A stretch of DNA of 39,438 nt, taken from Candidatus Magasanikbacteria bacterium GW2011_GWA2_37_8 (GTDB taxonomy: Bacteria > Patescibacteriota > Patescibacteriia > Magasanikbacterales > GWA2-37-8). The DNA lies in assembly GCA_000992085.1 (NCBI GenBank), contig LBTN01000013.1, positions 1-39,438 of the forward strand. Reading direction: 5' to 3'. Positions 1 to 11,371 of the stretch are shown here, in pieces. Below the pieces are notes generated by a model, which saw only the letters and a list, made by a program, of their open reading frames with translations, searched no databases and had not been told where the DNA came from. Both the position numbers and the translations under genes were made by a program. Every line of letters starts with the position of its first letter. The first letter of the stretch is position 1.

Positions 1-2
1 TG

Positions 3-1694
3 GTTAAAGATTTAACCGAGCGTCATTTAGAAACCACTTCCGATTATGTACGTAAAGAGATCGAACAATATATGCGTGAAAAAGTTTGTTCGGCTTGTAA
101 TGGTAAGCGTTTAAAACCAGAATCATTATCAGTTAAAATTGGTCATCATAATATTGCCGATGTTGCCAACTTGAGTGGTGAAGAAAGTTTGGCTTTGCTT
201 AAACAAATAAAACAAGATAAAGCAAAAAACAAAATTGTAGAATCCATTACCAGAGAGTTAATGCCACGTTTAGCCAATTTGGCTGAAGTGGGTTTGGGCT
301 ATTTAAGTTTGGATCGCGCCATGAATACTTTATCTGGTGGTGAGGTAACCCGTGTGCGTTTGGCTACTCAATTATCTTCTGGTTTAACGGGTGTAGTTTA
401 TATTTTAGACGAACCATCAGTCGGTTTGCACCCTCGCGATAATCAAAAATTAATTAACACTTTAAAATATTTGCGTGATTTAGGAAACAGTGTAATTGTG
501 GTTGAGCACGATGCGGCTATGATGGAGGCAGCAGACTATTTGGTAGATGTTGGCCCAGGTGCTGGGGTGTATGGGGGCGAAATTGTAGCGGCTGGTACCT
601 TTACAGAAATAAAAAAGAATAAAAATTCCTTAACTGGTAGTTATTTGTCTGGTCAATCACAGGTGTTCGTTTCTGGCAAAAAAAATGAGTTAGAAACAAA
701 AAAAATCGGTAAATCAATATCAATTGTTGGTGCCAGTGCTTTTAACTTAAAAAATGTTAATGTAGAAATTCCGCTTAGTAAATTAGTTTGTGTAAGCGGT
801 GTTTCGGGTTCTGGTAAATCTACTTTAATTATAAATATTTTAGCGCGACATTTATTGCAACATTTTTATCGCGCCAAAGATGAACCAGGTGCACATAAAA
901 CCATTAAGGGAGTTGAAAATATTGATAAAGTTATTTCGATCGACCAACAACCAATTGGTCGTACCCCGCGTTCTAACCCGGCTACCTATACTGGTATCTT
1001 TACATTGATTCGTGATCTTTTTTCGGCATTACCCGAAGCCAAATTACGTGGTTATGATGCTGGCAAATTTAGTTTTAATGTTAAAGGCGGTGGTCGTTGT
1101 GAAGCTTGTGCAGGCGAGGGTTATATTCGTATCCCCATGCAATTTTTAGCCGATGTTTTTGTGGTATGTAACGAATGCAATGGTTCGCGGTATAATCAAG
1201 AAGCATTAGAGGTGCATTATCGCAACAAAAATATTGCTGATGTTTTACACATGACAGTCGAAGAAGCTTTTAAGTTTTTTGTAGATATTCCAGCACTAAG
1301 TGATAAATTAAATTTACTCCGCGAAGTTGGTTTGGGCTATTTAGAACTTGGCCAGCCAGCTACCACATTGTCTGGCGGTGAAGCTCAGCGTATTAAACTA
1401 GCTACCGAATTATCACGAGCCTCTACTGGCAAAACCCTGTATATTTTAGACGAACCAACTACAGGTTTACACTTTGAAGATGTAAAACATTTGCTCGGGG
1501 TATTACGCCGATTAGTAGAAAAGGGGAATACTGTTTTGATTATCGAACACAATATTGATATTATCAAAGCTTCCGACTGGGTAATCGAACTTGGCCCCGA
1601 AGGTGGCAAAGGCGGTGGCAAGTTAACTGCTGCTGGCACACCAGCCCAAATTGCTAAAATAAAAACCAGTTGGACTGGAAAATATTTGAAATAA
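3..1694 (+). CDS. uvrA: Excinuclease ABC subunit A, copy 1 (5'-truncated by window edge)
   Basis: Frame open from base 3; LSGGE signatures, [18 protein letters not shown] Walker [13 protein letters not shown], CxxC zinc fingers. Confidence 0.96.
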   Translation, partial: VKDLTERHLETTSDYVRKEIEQYMREKVCSACNGKRLKPESLSVKIGHHNIADVANLSGEESLALLKQIKQDKAKNKIVESITRELMPRLANLAEVGLGYLSLDRAMNTLSGGEVTRVRLATQLSSGLTGVVYILDEPSVGLHPRDNQKLINTLKYLRDLGNSVIVVEHDAAMMEAADYLVDVGPGAGVYGGEIVAAGTFTEIKKNKNSLTGSYLSGQSQVFVSGKKNELETKKIGKSISIVGASAFNLKNVNVEIPLSKLVCVSGVSGSGKSTLIINILARHLLQHFYRAKDEPGAHKTIKGVENIDKVISIDQQPIGRTPRSNPATYTGIFTLIRDLFSALPEAKLRGYDAGKFSFNVKGGGRCEACAGEGYIRIPMQFLADVFVVCNECNGSRYNQEALEVHYRNKNIADVLHMTVEEAFKFFVDIPALSDKLNLLREVGLGYLELGQPATTLSGGEAQRIKLATELSRASTGKTLYILDEPTTGLHFEDVKHLLGVLRRLVEKGNTVLIIEHNIDIIKASDWVIELGPEGGKGGGKLTAAGTPAQIAKIKTSWTGKYLK

Positions 1695-1722
1695 TATTTT
1701 TTAAAGTAATTATTAGTATATT

Positions 1723-1758
1723 AAAAAACCCTGCACCGTTCTGGTGCAGGGTTGTTTT
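1723..1758. terminator. Bidirectional intrinsic terminator between convergent uvrA and rplS
   Basis: AACCCTGCACC-gttct-GGTGCAGGGTT stem with A/T tracts on both sides. Confidence 0.85.
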
Positions 1759-1759
1759 A

Positions 1760-2113
1760 TTATTTTTTAACTTCTTTCTTGGCTGCCTTTTTAACTTCTT
1801 TTAACTTGCGTTTAAACTTAGTGTTTTTAGTAAAGTTTAGTTTAGCGCGGCGAACACGGAATTCGCGAACCAGTTCTATTTTTGCAATTACTGGTGAATG
1901 GATTGGGTAGATTTTTTCTACACCCACACCTTCAGATACTTTGCGTACAGTAATGGTGGCGCCTGGTTCGTTGCCATGGCGAGCAGCGATAATCAAACCT
2001 TCAAAGATCTGAATACGCTCTTTTTCTTCACCTTTAGTGTTGGTTTCTTTGATTTTTTGATGAACCTTTACAGCCATACCTGGCTTGTAAACTATTTTAG
2101 TTTCTTCGGTCAT
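1760..2113 (-). CDS. rplS: 50S ribosomal protein L19
   Basis: [40 protein letters not shown] motifs. Confidence 0.97.
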   Translation of the reverse strand: MTEETKIVYKPGMAVKVHQKIKETNTKGEEKERIQIFEGLIIAARHGNEPGATITVRKVSEGVGVEKIYPIHSPVIAKIELVREFRVRRAKLNFTKNTKFKRKLKEVKKAAKKEVKK

Positions 2114-2142
2114 ATATGAAGTGATTAATTTAAAGTGGGTTA

Positions 2143-2171
2143 ATTTTACCCTAAAACCTGATTTTTGTCAA
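2143..2171 (-). promoter_or_regulatory. sigma70-type promoter of rplS
   Basis: TTGACA-17 nt-TAAAAT on the minus strand. Confidence 0.75.
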
Positions 2172-2176
2172 TGGCT

Positions 2177-2761
2177 TCATTTAAGAGAGGGGTTAGTAAG
2201 GTGTTTTTTAATGATTTCCGCTATTTTTAGGATAGTTTCGTCTATTTCACCTTCACGATTGACTATTCTGTAATCATAGGTTTTGGATTTTGCTATTTCT
2301 TCTAAACCCAGATTTACTCGCTCTTCAATCATTTCGGGGGTCATACCACCCCGGCGGACGGCGCGTTCTCGTAACTGTTCGGTATTTTCGGGTAAGAGGA
2401 AAATGGATAAATGGGGGATACCAAGTTCGTCGAAATGCTTTTTTCCATTAACATCAATATTGGTAAAAACAATTTCGTAATTATTTTGAAGTTCGGTTAA
2501 AAGTTTTTTAGGTGTGCCGTAATAGTTGCCTGCACACTTATTGTATTCAACAAAATAGTCGGTGTTTAATTTTTTTTCAAAATCTTCAGCCGAGATAAAA
2601 AATTGGTCGATACCTTCTTTTTCTCGCGGTCTTTTGGCTCGCGAAGTGATCGTAATAAGTTTAACTGATTTTTTAAATATTTTAAGCAAACCACGAATAA
2701 CCGAGTCTTTGCCACCACCACCAGGAGAAGAAATTATTACAATAAGACCAGAATGTTGCAT
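2177..2761 (-). CDS. gmk: Guanylate kinase
   Basis: P-loop SPGGGGKDS, TITSRAKRPREKEG, NYYGT. Confidence 0.92.
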   Translation of the reverse strand: MQHSGLIVIISSPGGGGKDSVIRGLLKIFKKSVKLITITSRAKRPREKEGIDQFFISAEDFEKKLNTDYFVEYNKCAGNYYGTPKKLLTELQNNYEIVFTNIDVNGKKHFDELGIPHLSIFLLPENTEQLRERAVRRGGMTPEMIEERVNLGLEEIAKSKTYDYRIVNREGEIDETILKIAEIIKKHLTNPSLK

Positions 2762-2762
2762 A

Positions 2763-3752
2763 CTATTTTAGTAATTTTAAAAATTCGCTTAATTCTTTTG
2801 GTAAAGGTGATTCGAATTTTTGGGTTTTGCCATCCAGGTCTACAAAAGCTAATTTGGTACAGTGTAAAAATAGTCGTCCGCAAACCTCGTCCCATTTACT
2901 TTTTCGTTTCTTTTGAAAATACAACGGGTCGCCAACAACCGGATGGTTGTAGGCCAGCATGTGGGCCCGAATTTGATGCATACGACCAGTGTGAATGTTG
3001 ATATTTAATAAAGTAAAATTTACAAAATGTTTGGCGATATTAAATTCGGTTAAAGCCTCTTTGCCTTTTTCGGTATTTACACCATATTTGGTTAGCGGTA
3101 CAGCCACTACACGATCTTGGTTTTGGCCACGAGCTAATCGAAAGTTAATAGTAGACCATTCTCTAGCCACTTTGCCGTGTACTAATACTGAATATTCTTT
3201 GTCGATTGTATGATTTTTAAATTGATTTTTTAGATGGTTGAACATTTTTTGTGTTCGAGCTACCACCAACAACCCCGAAGCGTCTTTATCTAACCGGTGC
3301 ACAATACCTGGACGAATTGGGTCGTCACCAATTTTTTTAATTTCTGGATATTTTTTAGCTAAGTTGGTTGCCACCGATTCTTTTTCTTCGGCTTGGGTAG
3401 GGTGGGTTAAAAGTCCAGTGGGTTTTTCGATTACAATATAATCTGACGTGGTTTTTATTATTTTTAGTGGAGCAGTTTTTTCTTTTTTGATTTTTGTTTT
3501 TTTAATTTCGTTTACCCCACCTTGTTCCTTTCCAGTTGTTATTCGTTTAATTTTTTCAATTTCAATTTTATCTGTGGCTTTTATTCTGTCTCCCGCTTTT
3601 TTTGGTGGCAATCCGTTAACAGTAATTTGTCCAGCGCTAATCATTTTTTGTGCCTGAGAACGACTAATTTTTAATTTTTCCAATAAAAAAACATCAAGCC
3701 GTTGGCTGGGAGTTTTTTCTGTAGTTTTGATTTTTATGGTTTTTGCATTCAT
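2763..3752 (-). CDS. RluA/RluD-family pseudouridine synthase
   Basis: S4 domain (QRLDVFL..SRSQAQKMI), GIVHRLDKDASGL, HTGRMHQIRAH; start set to the ATG at 3752 because the longer ORF runs into the tRNA. Confidence 0.93.
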   Translation of the reverse strand: MNAKTIKIKTTEKTPSQRLDVFLLEKLKISRSQAQKMISAGQITVNGLPPKKAGDRIKATDKIEIEKIKRITTGKEQGGVNEIKKTKIKKEKTAPLKIIKTTSDYIVIEKPTGLLTHPTQAEEKESVATNLAKKYPEIKKIGDDPIRPGIVHRLDKDASGLLVVARTQKMFNHLKNQFKNHTIDKEYSVLVHGKVAREWSTINFRLARGQNQDRVVAVPLTKYGVNTEKGKEALTEFNIAKHFVNFTLLNINIHTGRMHQIRAHMLAYNHPVVGDPLYFQKKRKSKWDEVCGRLFLHCTKLAFVDLDGKTQKFESPLPKELSEFLKLLK

Positions 3753-3754
3753 AG

Positions 3755-3827
3755 TGCGCCTGGATGGAATCGGACCATCGACTTCCACCTTATAAGGGTG
3801 GCACTCTAACCGCTGAGTTACAGGCGC
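3755..3827 (-). tRNA. tRNA-Ile (anticodon UAU)
   Basis: GCGCCTG/CAGGCGC acceptor stem, D arm, CCACC-CT TAT AA-GGTGG anticodon arm, GATGG-TCCGATT-CCATC T arm, discriminator A, no encoded CCA. Confidence 0.92.
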
Positions 3828-3840
3828 AAAATATGCATTG

Positions 3841-3868
3841 ATTATATCAGTTATTAGGAATTTTTCAA
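3841..3868 (-). promoter_or_regulatory. Promoter for tRNA-Ile and downstream minus-strand genes
   Basis: TTGAAA-16 nt-TATAAT on the minus strand. Confidence 0.6.
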
Positions 3869-3954
3869 GCCCAATAGCTGTTACCCCTTGTTTTCTTTCC
3901 CTTGTCAGGCCGAGTTATAAATGATATTATAAAAGCACTGATTTAATTATATTT

Positions 3955-4506
3955 ATGAGTAAAAATGTAGATTTGTTTCTTGAAATCAATAGTTTAGTAG
4001 GCAAAAACCGCTGGTTTGATGCTTTTGGGCGTGCTGGCGCAGAATGGGTAATAATTGCTATGGGCGGTTGGTTTTTGGCTAGTATCTATATTAGTAAATT
4101 AGAGGTTTTATTCCCGATCATTTTTTCTTTATTGCTATGGTTAATTGGTATTGGAATAAGTTTTATAATTGGTTTTTTAGTTAAAGAATTCCGGCCTCAT
4201 ATATACCACCCAGAAAGCCGTGTATTGTTTACCCCGCTTAGCAACTGGAAATCTTTTCCTTCGGATCATTCTTTTAGTGCTTGGTTAGTATTTTTTTTAG
4301 CATTAATTTTTGGTTTACCAGGTGCTTGGGCTTTGTTACTACTAGCTTTGTGGGTTAGTTGGGGGCGGGTTTATGCTGGTTTACATTATCCGTTAGATAT
4401 TGTGGGTGGTGTAGTTTTAGCTGGTTTATTAGCAATATTAGGGTATTATATTTTATTTCACATCAGTGGAATCCCGTACTTCATGTCGGGACAAATAATA
4501 ATTTAA
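3955..4506 (+). CDS. PAP2-family membrane phosphatase (undecaprenyl-PP phosphatase-like)
   Basis: FRP, SFPSDH, RVYAGLHYPLD motifs; several TM segments. Confidence 0.9.
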   Translation: MSKNVDLFLEINSLVGKNRWFDAFGRAGAEWVIIAMGGWFLASIYISKLEVLFPIIFSLLLWLIGIGISFIIGFLVKEFRPHIYHPESRVLFTPLSNWKSFPSDHSFSAWLVFFLALIFGLPGAWALLLLALWVSWGRVYAGLHYPLDIVGGVVLAGLLAILGYYILFHISGIPYFMSGQIII

Positions 4507-4526
4507 AAATAAGTTTTTTAGTTTAC

Positions 4527-5237
4527 ATGAAAGCGATCATTCTTGCCGGTGGATTGGGTACGCGATTACGGCCACTTACCGAAAATACTCCAAAACCACT
4601 TTTGCCAATTAAAGGCAAACCAATTATCGAACATGCATTATTAAATTTTAAAAAACATGGGATTACCGATGTTATTTTGTCTATCGGTTATAGGGCCGAT
4701 TTAATTAAAGAGTATTTTGGCGATGGTAATAAATGGGGGATGCAGATTAGTTATTGTGTAGAAAATGAGCCACTTGGTACTGGTGGTGCTATTCGTGAAG
4801 CTTCGCGTGGTATTAACGAAACCTTTTTGGTAATTAATGGAGATAATTTAGCAGATTTTGATTGGACAGAAATTATTAATACCCACACCACCACTGGCGC
4901 CAAAATCACCTTAGCACTTTTTCCAGTAGAAGATGTAACCCAATATGGTATTGCCGAATTAGAAGATGGCAGGGTTAAACGATTTGTCGAAAAACCCACC
5001 AAAGAATCAGCGCCGTCTAACTTAAATAACGCGGGCGGTTATGTAATGGAGCCAGAAATTTTAGAAATTTTGCCAGAAGGTTTTTGTATGATTGAGCGTG
5101 ATTGTTTTGAAAAACTTTCACCCACTGGTGTAATTTTTTCCCATTGTCACAGTGGCCAATGGTTTCCCACCGATACCCTAGAAAAATATTATCACGCCGA
5201 AAAAAATTTTGATATTTTAGAAAAAGAAGATGAATAA
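4527..5237 (+). CDS. Sugar-phosphate nucleotidyltransferase (NTP_transferase family)
   Basis: MKAIILAGGLGTRLRPLT..PKPLLPI, EPLGTGGA, FVEKP; start at ATG 4527. Confidence 0.92.
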   Translation: MKAIILAGGLGTRLRPLTENTPKPLLPIKGKPIIEHALLNFKKHGITDVILSIGYRADLIKEYFGDGNKWGMQISYCVENEPLGTGGAIREASRGINETFLVINGDNLADFDWTEIINTHTTTGAKITLALFPVEDVTQYGIAELEDGRVKRFVEKPTKESAPSNLNNAGGYVMEPEILEILPEGFCMIERDCFEKLSPTGVIFSHCHSGQWFPTDTLEKYYHAEKNFDILEKEDE

Positions 5238-6069
5238 TAAAAAAATAAATTTAATTTTGATTGGTTTTATTATAGCAACACTAGCTGGTGGTTTTTGGTA
5301 TTATCGACGTACCCATCCGAAATATGTTCCACTGCCACCACGGCCAGAAGTTACTTTAACCATTATACCAGGTTGGAATTTACGACAAGTGGCAGAATAT
5401 TTGGTAAACAAAGGTTTTGCTTCTTCTACCAGTCAAGTTTATCGCTATACTGGTGAACCAGCTAAAGTTTATTCTAAACCATGGAATACAGAAATACCGT
5501 CATTAGCCAATGATTTTGCCAATCGGCCGCCCTTACAAAGTTTTGAAGGGTATTTGGCCCCAGATACTTATCAAGTATACAAAGATGCTGCTTTGCGTGA
5601 AATAATTGTCAAGTTATTATTGCAAAGAAATGACGAAGTTGATTATCAAGAAATTCGAAGAATAGAAAAAGAATCTGGCCATTCTTGGCACGAGATTTTA
5701 ACCATGGCTTCTTTGGTAGAAAAAGAGGCGCGTACACCAGAAGATATGGCGTTAGTAGCAGATATTTTTTGGCGACGGAATAAAATTAAATGGGCGCTCC
5801 AATCATGTGCCACAGTAAATTATATTACTGGCAAAAATGATCCGGCAGTTTCCGGAAAAGATAAGGCAATAGATTCTTTATACAATACCTATAAATATCC
5901 GGGTTTACCACCTGGGCCTATAAGTAATCCTGGGTTGGTGGCTATCACAGCTGTGCTTTATCCAACCCAAAATAATTACTGGTATTTTATGAGTGACACC
6001 GATGGTAAAATGCATTATGCTAAAACACTAGAAGAACACGGTCTAAACCGAGCGCGGTTTTTAAATTAA
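5230..6069 (+). CDS. mltG: Endolytic transglycosylase MltG (YceG)
   Basis: N-terminal TM, EGYLAPDTY, MASLVEKE, YNTYKYPGLPPGPISNPG. Confidence 0.92.
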   Translation: MNNKKINLILIGFIIATLAGGFWYYRRTHPKYVPLPPRPEVTLTIIPGWNLRQVAEYLVNKGFASSTSQVYRYTGEPAKVYSKPWNTEIPSLANDFANRPPLQSFEGYLAPDTYQVYKDAALREIIVKLLLQRNDEVDYQEIRRIEKESGHSWHEILTMASLVEKEARTPEDMALVADIFWRRNKIKWALQSCATVNYITGKNDPAVSGKDKAIDSLYNTYKYPGLPPGPISNPGLVAITAVLYPTQNNYWYFMSDTDGKMHYAKTLEEHGLNRARFLN

Positions 6070-6120
6070 TAAGTATAAATTCATAGCTACTAAAACCTGT
6101 TGGCTGTGAACTATTGAATT

Positions 6121-7218
6121 ATGTTAACTTCGGATTTTAATTACAATCTTCCCAAAGAATTAATTGCTCAAACTCCAGCAGAAAAGCGTGATGAATCGCG
6201 ACTTTTGGTGATTAATCGGGAGACGAAAGAAATTAATCACCGGCAGTTTTTTAATATTATCGAATATTTACGTCCGGGTGATTTGTTGGTTTGGAACAAT
6301 TCTAAAGTGTTTAAAGCACGTTTAAAAGGCGTACTTGTTTTAGATGAAGAAGTATTTGACTTAAAGGGAAAAGATTTAACGGATCGAATTTTAAATGAGC
6401 CAAGTGTTGAAATTTTTTTGGTTAGGCCAATGGAAAATTTTGGAGTATGGAAAGTATTGGCCAAGCCGGGTAAAAAATTACGTTTGGGTATGAAAGTAGT
6501 TTTTGCCGAAGATTTTTTTGCGGAAGTAATTACCAAAGAAGAAGACGGTACGGTATTGGTGCAATTTCAAGATGATGATATTACAGTGCGAACAAAAGCG
6601 AATAAGTATGGTGAAGTGCCAACACCGCCGTATATTAAGGAACAAGGAGCAAGGAATAAGGAACAACTTGTTGAACGGTATCAAACTGTGTATGCAAAAG
6701 AAGAAGGGTCGGTGGCGGCGCCGACAGCGGGGTTTCATTTTACCGAAGAGTTGATAGAAAAATTAAAAAATAAGGGAATAGAATTTGCCGAGGTTACTTT
6801 GCATGTTGGTCTTGGTACATTTTTGCCAGTTAAAGTAGAAAAAGTAGAAGAGCACAAAATGCACGCCGAATGGGTAGAATTAACCGATAAAAATGCGCAA
6901 TTAATAAACGCAGCCAAAGCTGAAGGTAGGCGAGTGGTGGTGGTTGGTACAACGGCAGTGCGAACTTTGGAAGGGATATTTGCCAAACGGGAAAGTTTAG
7001 AAGCGTTTAGTGGTGATATTAATATTTTTATTACCCCTGGTTTTAAATTTAAAGTAGTAGATGCATTAATTACCAACTTTCATTTACCCGAATCTACTTT
7101 AATAATGTTGGTGTCTGCTTTTGTGGGTGACAGAGAATTTACTCTAGATTGTTACAAAAAAGCAGTCGAAGCAAATTATCGTTTTTATAGTTTTGGCGAT
7201 GCAATGTTTGTTTTTTAG
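6121..7218 (+). CDS. queA: S-adenosylmethionine:tRNA ribosyltransferase-isomerase
   Basis: LPKELIAQ, GSVAAPTAGFHF, TLHVGLGTF, TNFHLPESTL, YRFYSFGDAM. Confidence 0.97.
   Translation: MLTSDFNYNLPKELIAQTPAEKRDESRLLVINRETKEINHRQFFNIIEYLRPGDLLVWNNSKVFKARLKGVLVLDEEVFDLKGKDLTDRILNEPSVEIFLVRPMENFGVWKVLAKPGKKLRLGMKVVFAEDFFAEVITKEEDGTVLVQFQDDDITVRTKANKYGEVPTPPYIKEQGARNKEQLVERYQTVYAKEEGSVAAPTAGFHFTEELIEKLKNKGIEFAEVTLHVGLGTFLPVKVEKVEEHKMHAEWVELTDKNAQLINAAKAEGRRVVVVGTTAVRTLEGIFAKRESLEAFSGDINIFITPGFKFKVVDALITNFHLPESTLIMLVSAFVGDREFTLDCYKKAVEANYRFYSFGDAMFVF
6636..6666 (+). repeat. In-frame heptamer tandem repeat (TAAGGAA/CAAGGAG) in queA
   Basis: TAAGGAA CAAGGAG CAAGGAA TAAGGAA CAA, encoding KEQGARNKEQ. 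Confidence 0.8.
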
Positions 7219-7219
7219 A

Positions 7220-7248
7220 TTGACAAAACGCTAAAAATGTGCTATAAT
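7220..7248 (+). promoter_or_regulatory. Consensus sigma70 promoter with extended -10
   Basis: TTGACA-17 nt-TATAAT with TGn before the -10. Confidence 0.85.
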
Positions 7249-7290
7249 GTATAGGTAAATGGCTTAATTTAGCCAAATAATTACAACAAT

Positions 7291-7581
7291 ATGGGAGAAC
7301 ATGCGCAAATTTTAAGTTCACATCGCGATGATGAAAGGTTTAGAATAATAAATGCTCCAAGCAAACCAAAAAAAGAAGGTGTGGTAGAAGCATTATCTTC
7401 CTCAGTTATTAGAAGAAGAGCAAGTGGCCAAGTTGTTGAAAGTACAACACCAGTAGCAAAAGTAGCAAAAGAAGATTATGCGCGAGAGATAAGAGCTAGA
7501 TTAAATGCTCCACTTACACAAGGCGCACAAGTAAGTAGAGAAGAACAAATGAATAGATTAAAAGCCTTGTTTAAAGAATAA
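7291..7581 (+). CDS. Hypothetical protein (96 aa)
   Basis: ORF bracketed by a consensus promoter and a terminator; no recognisable motif. Confidence 0.7.
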   Translation: MGEHAQILSSHRDDERFRIINAPSKPKKEGVVEALSSSVIRRRASGQVVESTTPVAKVAKEDYAREIRARLNAPLTQGAQVSREEQMNRLKALFKE

Positions 7582-7591
7582 TTTTAAAAAC

Positions 7592-7620
7592 AAAAAACCA
7601 ACGTTAGTCGTTGGTTTTTT
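7592..7620. terminator. Bidirectional terminator
   Basis: AAAAAACCAACG-ttagt-CGTTGGTTTTTT. Confidence 0.85.
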
Positions 7621-7630
7621 AATTTATTTC

Positions 7631-8056
7631 TTATCCTTCAATCGTTACACCCATTTGTTTAGCTGTGCCTTCTACCATATTCATAGCACCAATTAGATCT
7701 TTGGCATTAAGGTCGGGCATTTTTTGTTCGGCGATGGCCTTTACTTGAGCTTTGGTAATTTTACCAACTTTTTCTTGTAAAGGTTTGGCTGAACCTTTTT
7801 TAATACCAGCGGCTTTTTTAATCAATTCGGCTACTGGTGCAATTTTCATGATAAAGTCGAAACTGCGATCGGCGTAGACATTGATAATTACTGGTACTAC
7901 TTCGCCTTTTTTATCTTGGGTTTTGTCGTTAAATTCTTTACAAAAACCTTGGATATTTAGACCATGTTGACCAAGAGCTGGACCAACTGGTGGGGCTGGA
8001 TTGGCGGCACCGCCGACAATTTGTAATTTGATTTGGGTAATTAATTTTTTTGCCAT
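7631..8056 (-). CDS. rplK: 50S ribosomal protein L11
   Basis: [35 protein letters not shown]. Confidence 0.98.
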   Translation of the reverse strand: MAKKLITQIKLQIVGGAANPAPPVGPALGQHGLNIQGFCKEFNDKTQDKKGEVVPVIINVYADRSFDFIMKIAPVAELIKKAAGIKKGSAKPLQEKVGKITKAQVKAIAEQKMPDLNAKDLIGAMNMVEGTAKQMGVTIEG

Positions 8057-8121
8057 ATATTTTTTTAAATTAATTCTTTTAGAAAAGTGAGAAGCGTCAA
8101 ATTATGACCACCTTTCTTTTG

Positions 8122-8560
8122 TTATATCTTTTTTACTTGTAAAGCGTCTAATTCTACTGGTGTTTCGCGACCAAACATGGTAACCAATACTTTAATTTTA
8201 CCACGTTCAGCATCAACATTAGCGATTTTGCCTTCAAAGTTTTTAAATGGTCCGTCAACAATACGTACAACATCATTTACTTCTACATCAATTTTATGTT
8301 GTGGATCGCCATCGGCAGTGCGTTTTAATAACGACTCTACTTCTTTTTGATCAATTGGGGTAGGGGTAGTACCAGAACCAATAAAACCAGTAACATTTGG
8401 GGTATTGCGTACTACATACCAAGAATCATCGGTTACAATCATTTCTACCAAAATGTAACCAGGGAAGATTTTTTCTTCTACAGTTTACGTTTTCTTCATA
8501 GCCGCTATAGGTATGAAGTACATACCAACGACGACCAAGATTTAGGGTTTGTTTGGCCAT
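8122..8560 (-). pseudogene. nusG: Transcription factor NusG with an internal deletion/frameshift at ~8485 (probably assembly artefact)
   Basis: ATG 8560 gives MAKQTLNLGRRWYVLHTYSGYEENV; another frame resumes TVEEKIFPGYILVEM...GPFKNFEG...MFGRETPVEL. Confidence 0.88.
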
Positions 8561-8606
8561 ATTATAATAAACTAGTAAGGCTTTAAAATCTCAAAATATC
8601 TAATAA

Positions 8607-8801
8607 TTAACGAATAATTAAGGCAGTAATGCCCCAATTGAAAATATAATCTAAAATAGCAAAGGTAATCGCGACTCCAACGCTCATGCCAATTACCAAT
8701 AAACTGTAATTGACGGTTTGTTTTTTGGTGGGCCAGCTTACTTTTTTCATTTCAGCATAAGAGCCAATAAAATAATTTTTGATAGAAGTAGCTATATTCA
8801 T
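8607..8801 (-). CDS. secE: Preprotein translocase subunit SecE
   Basis: EMKKVSWPTKK motif plus one TM; upstream of nusG. Confidence 0.93.
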   Translation of the reverse strand: MNIATSIKNYFIGSYAEMKKVSWPTKKQTVNYSLLVIGMSVGVAITFAILDYIFNWGITALIIR

Positions 8802-8849
8802 ATATAATTTAGGTTTTTTAAAACAGCCTGGTGGCTGATTTATGTTGTA

Positions 8850-8878
8850 ATCATACACCAAAGCTGTTAAATTGTCAA
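8850..8878 (-). promoter_or_regulatory. Promoter of secE-nusG-rplK
   Basis: TTGACA-17 nt-TATGAT on the minus strand. Confidence 0.75.
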
Positions 8879-8908
8879 TACCTCGCCAAAAGGCAAGGCA
8901 AGGGGTGA

Positions 8909-11140
<2,232 letters not shown>

Positions 11141-11371
11141 TTAACATTTAAAATATGAAGCAATATTTTTTTTGCTTACACAATCTTTTACAATTAATGG
11201 TTATATTTTATCATAAATCAAAGATAAGGACAAGTCCCGCCAAAGGGTTAGGGAAGTGACAAAGCGGTGATTTTTGATGTTAATTTTAGGAGATTTTTTC
11301 TGTTTTTAAATAGGCGAATTGTTTAAAGTGGATAATTTTGCTATAATATATTTGTCTTAAATTAATATTTT

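Noticed and set aside
2177-2179. Alternative genetic code (UGA as Gly or Trp)
   Set aside because: TGA ends gmk at the expected length, and long genes have no in-frame TGA.
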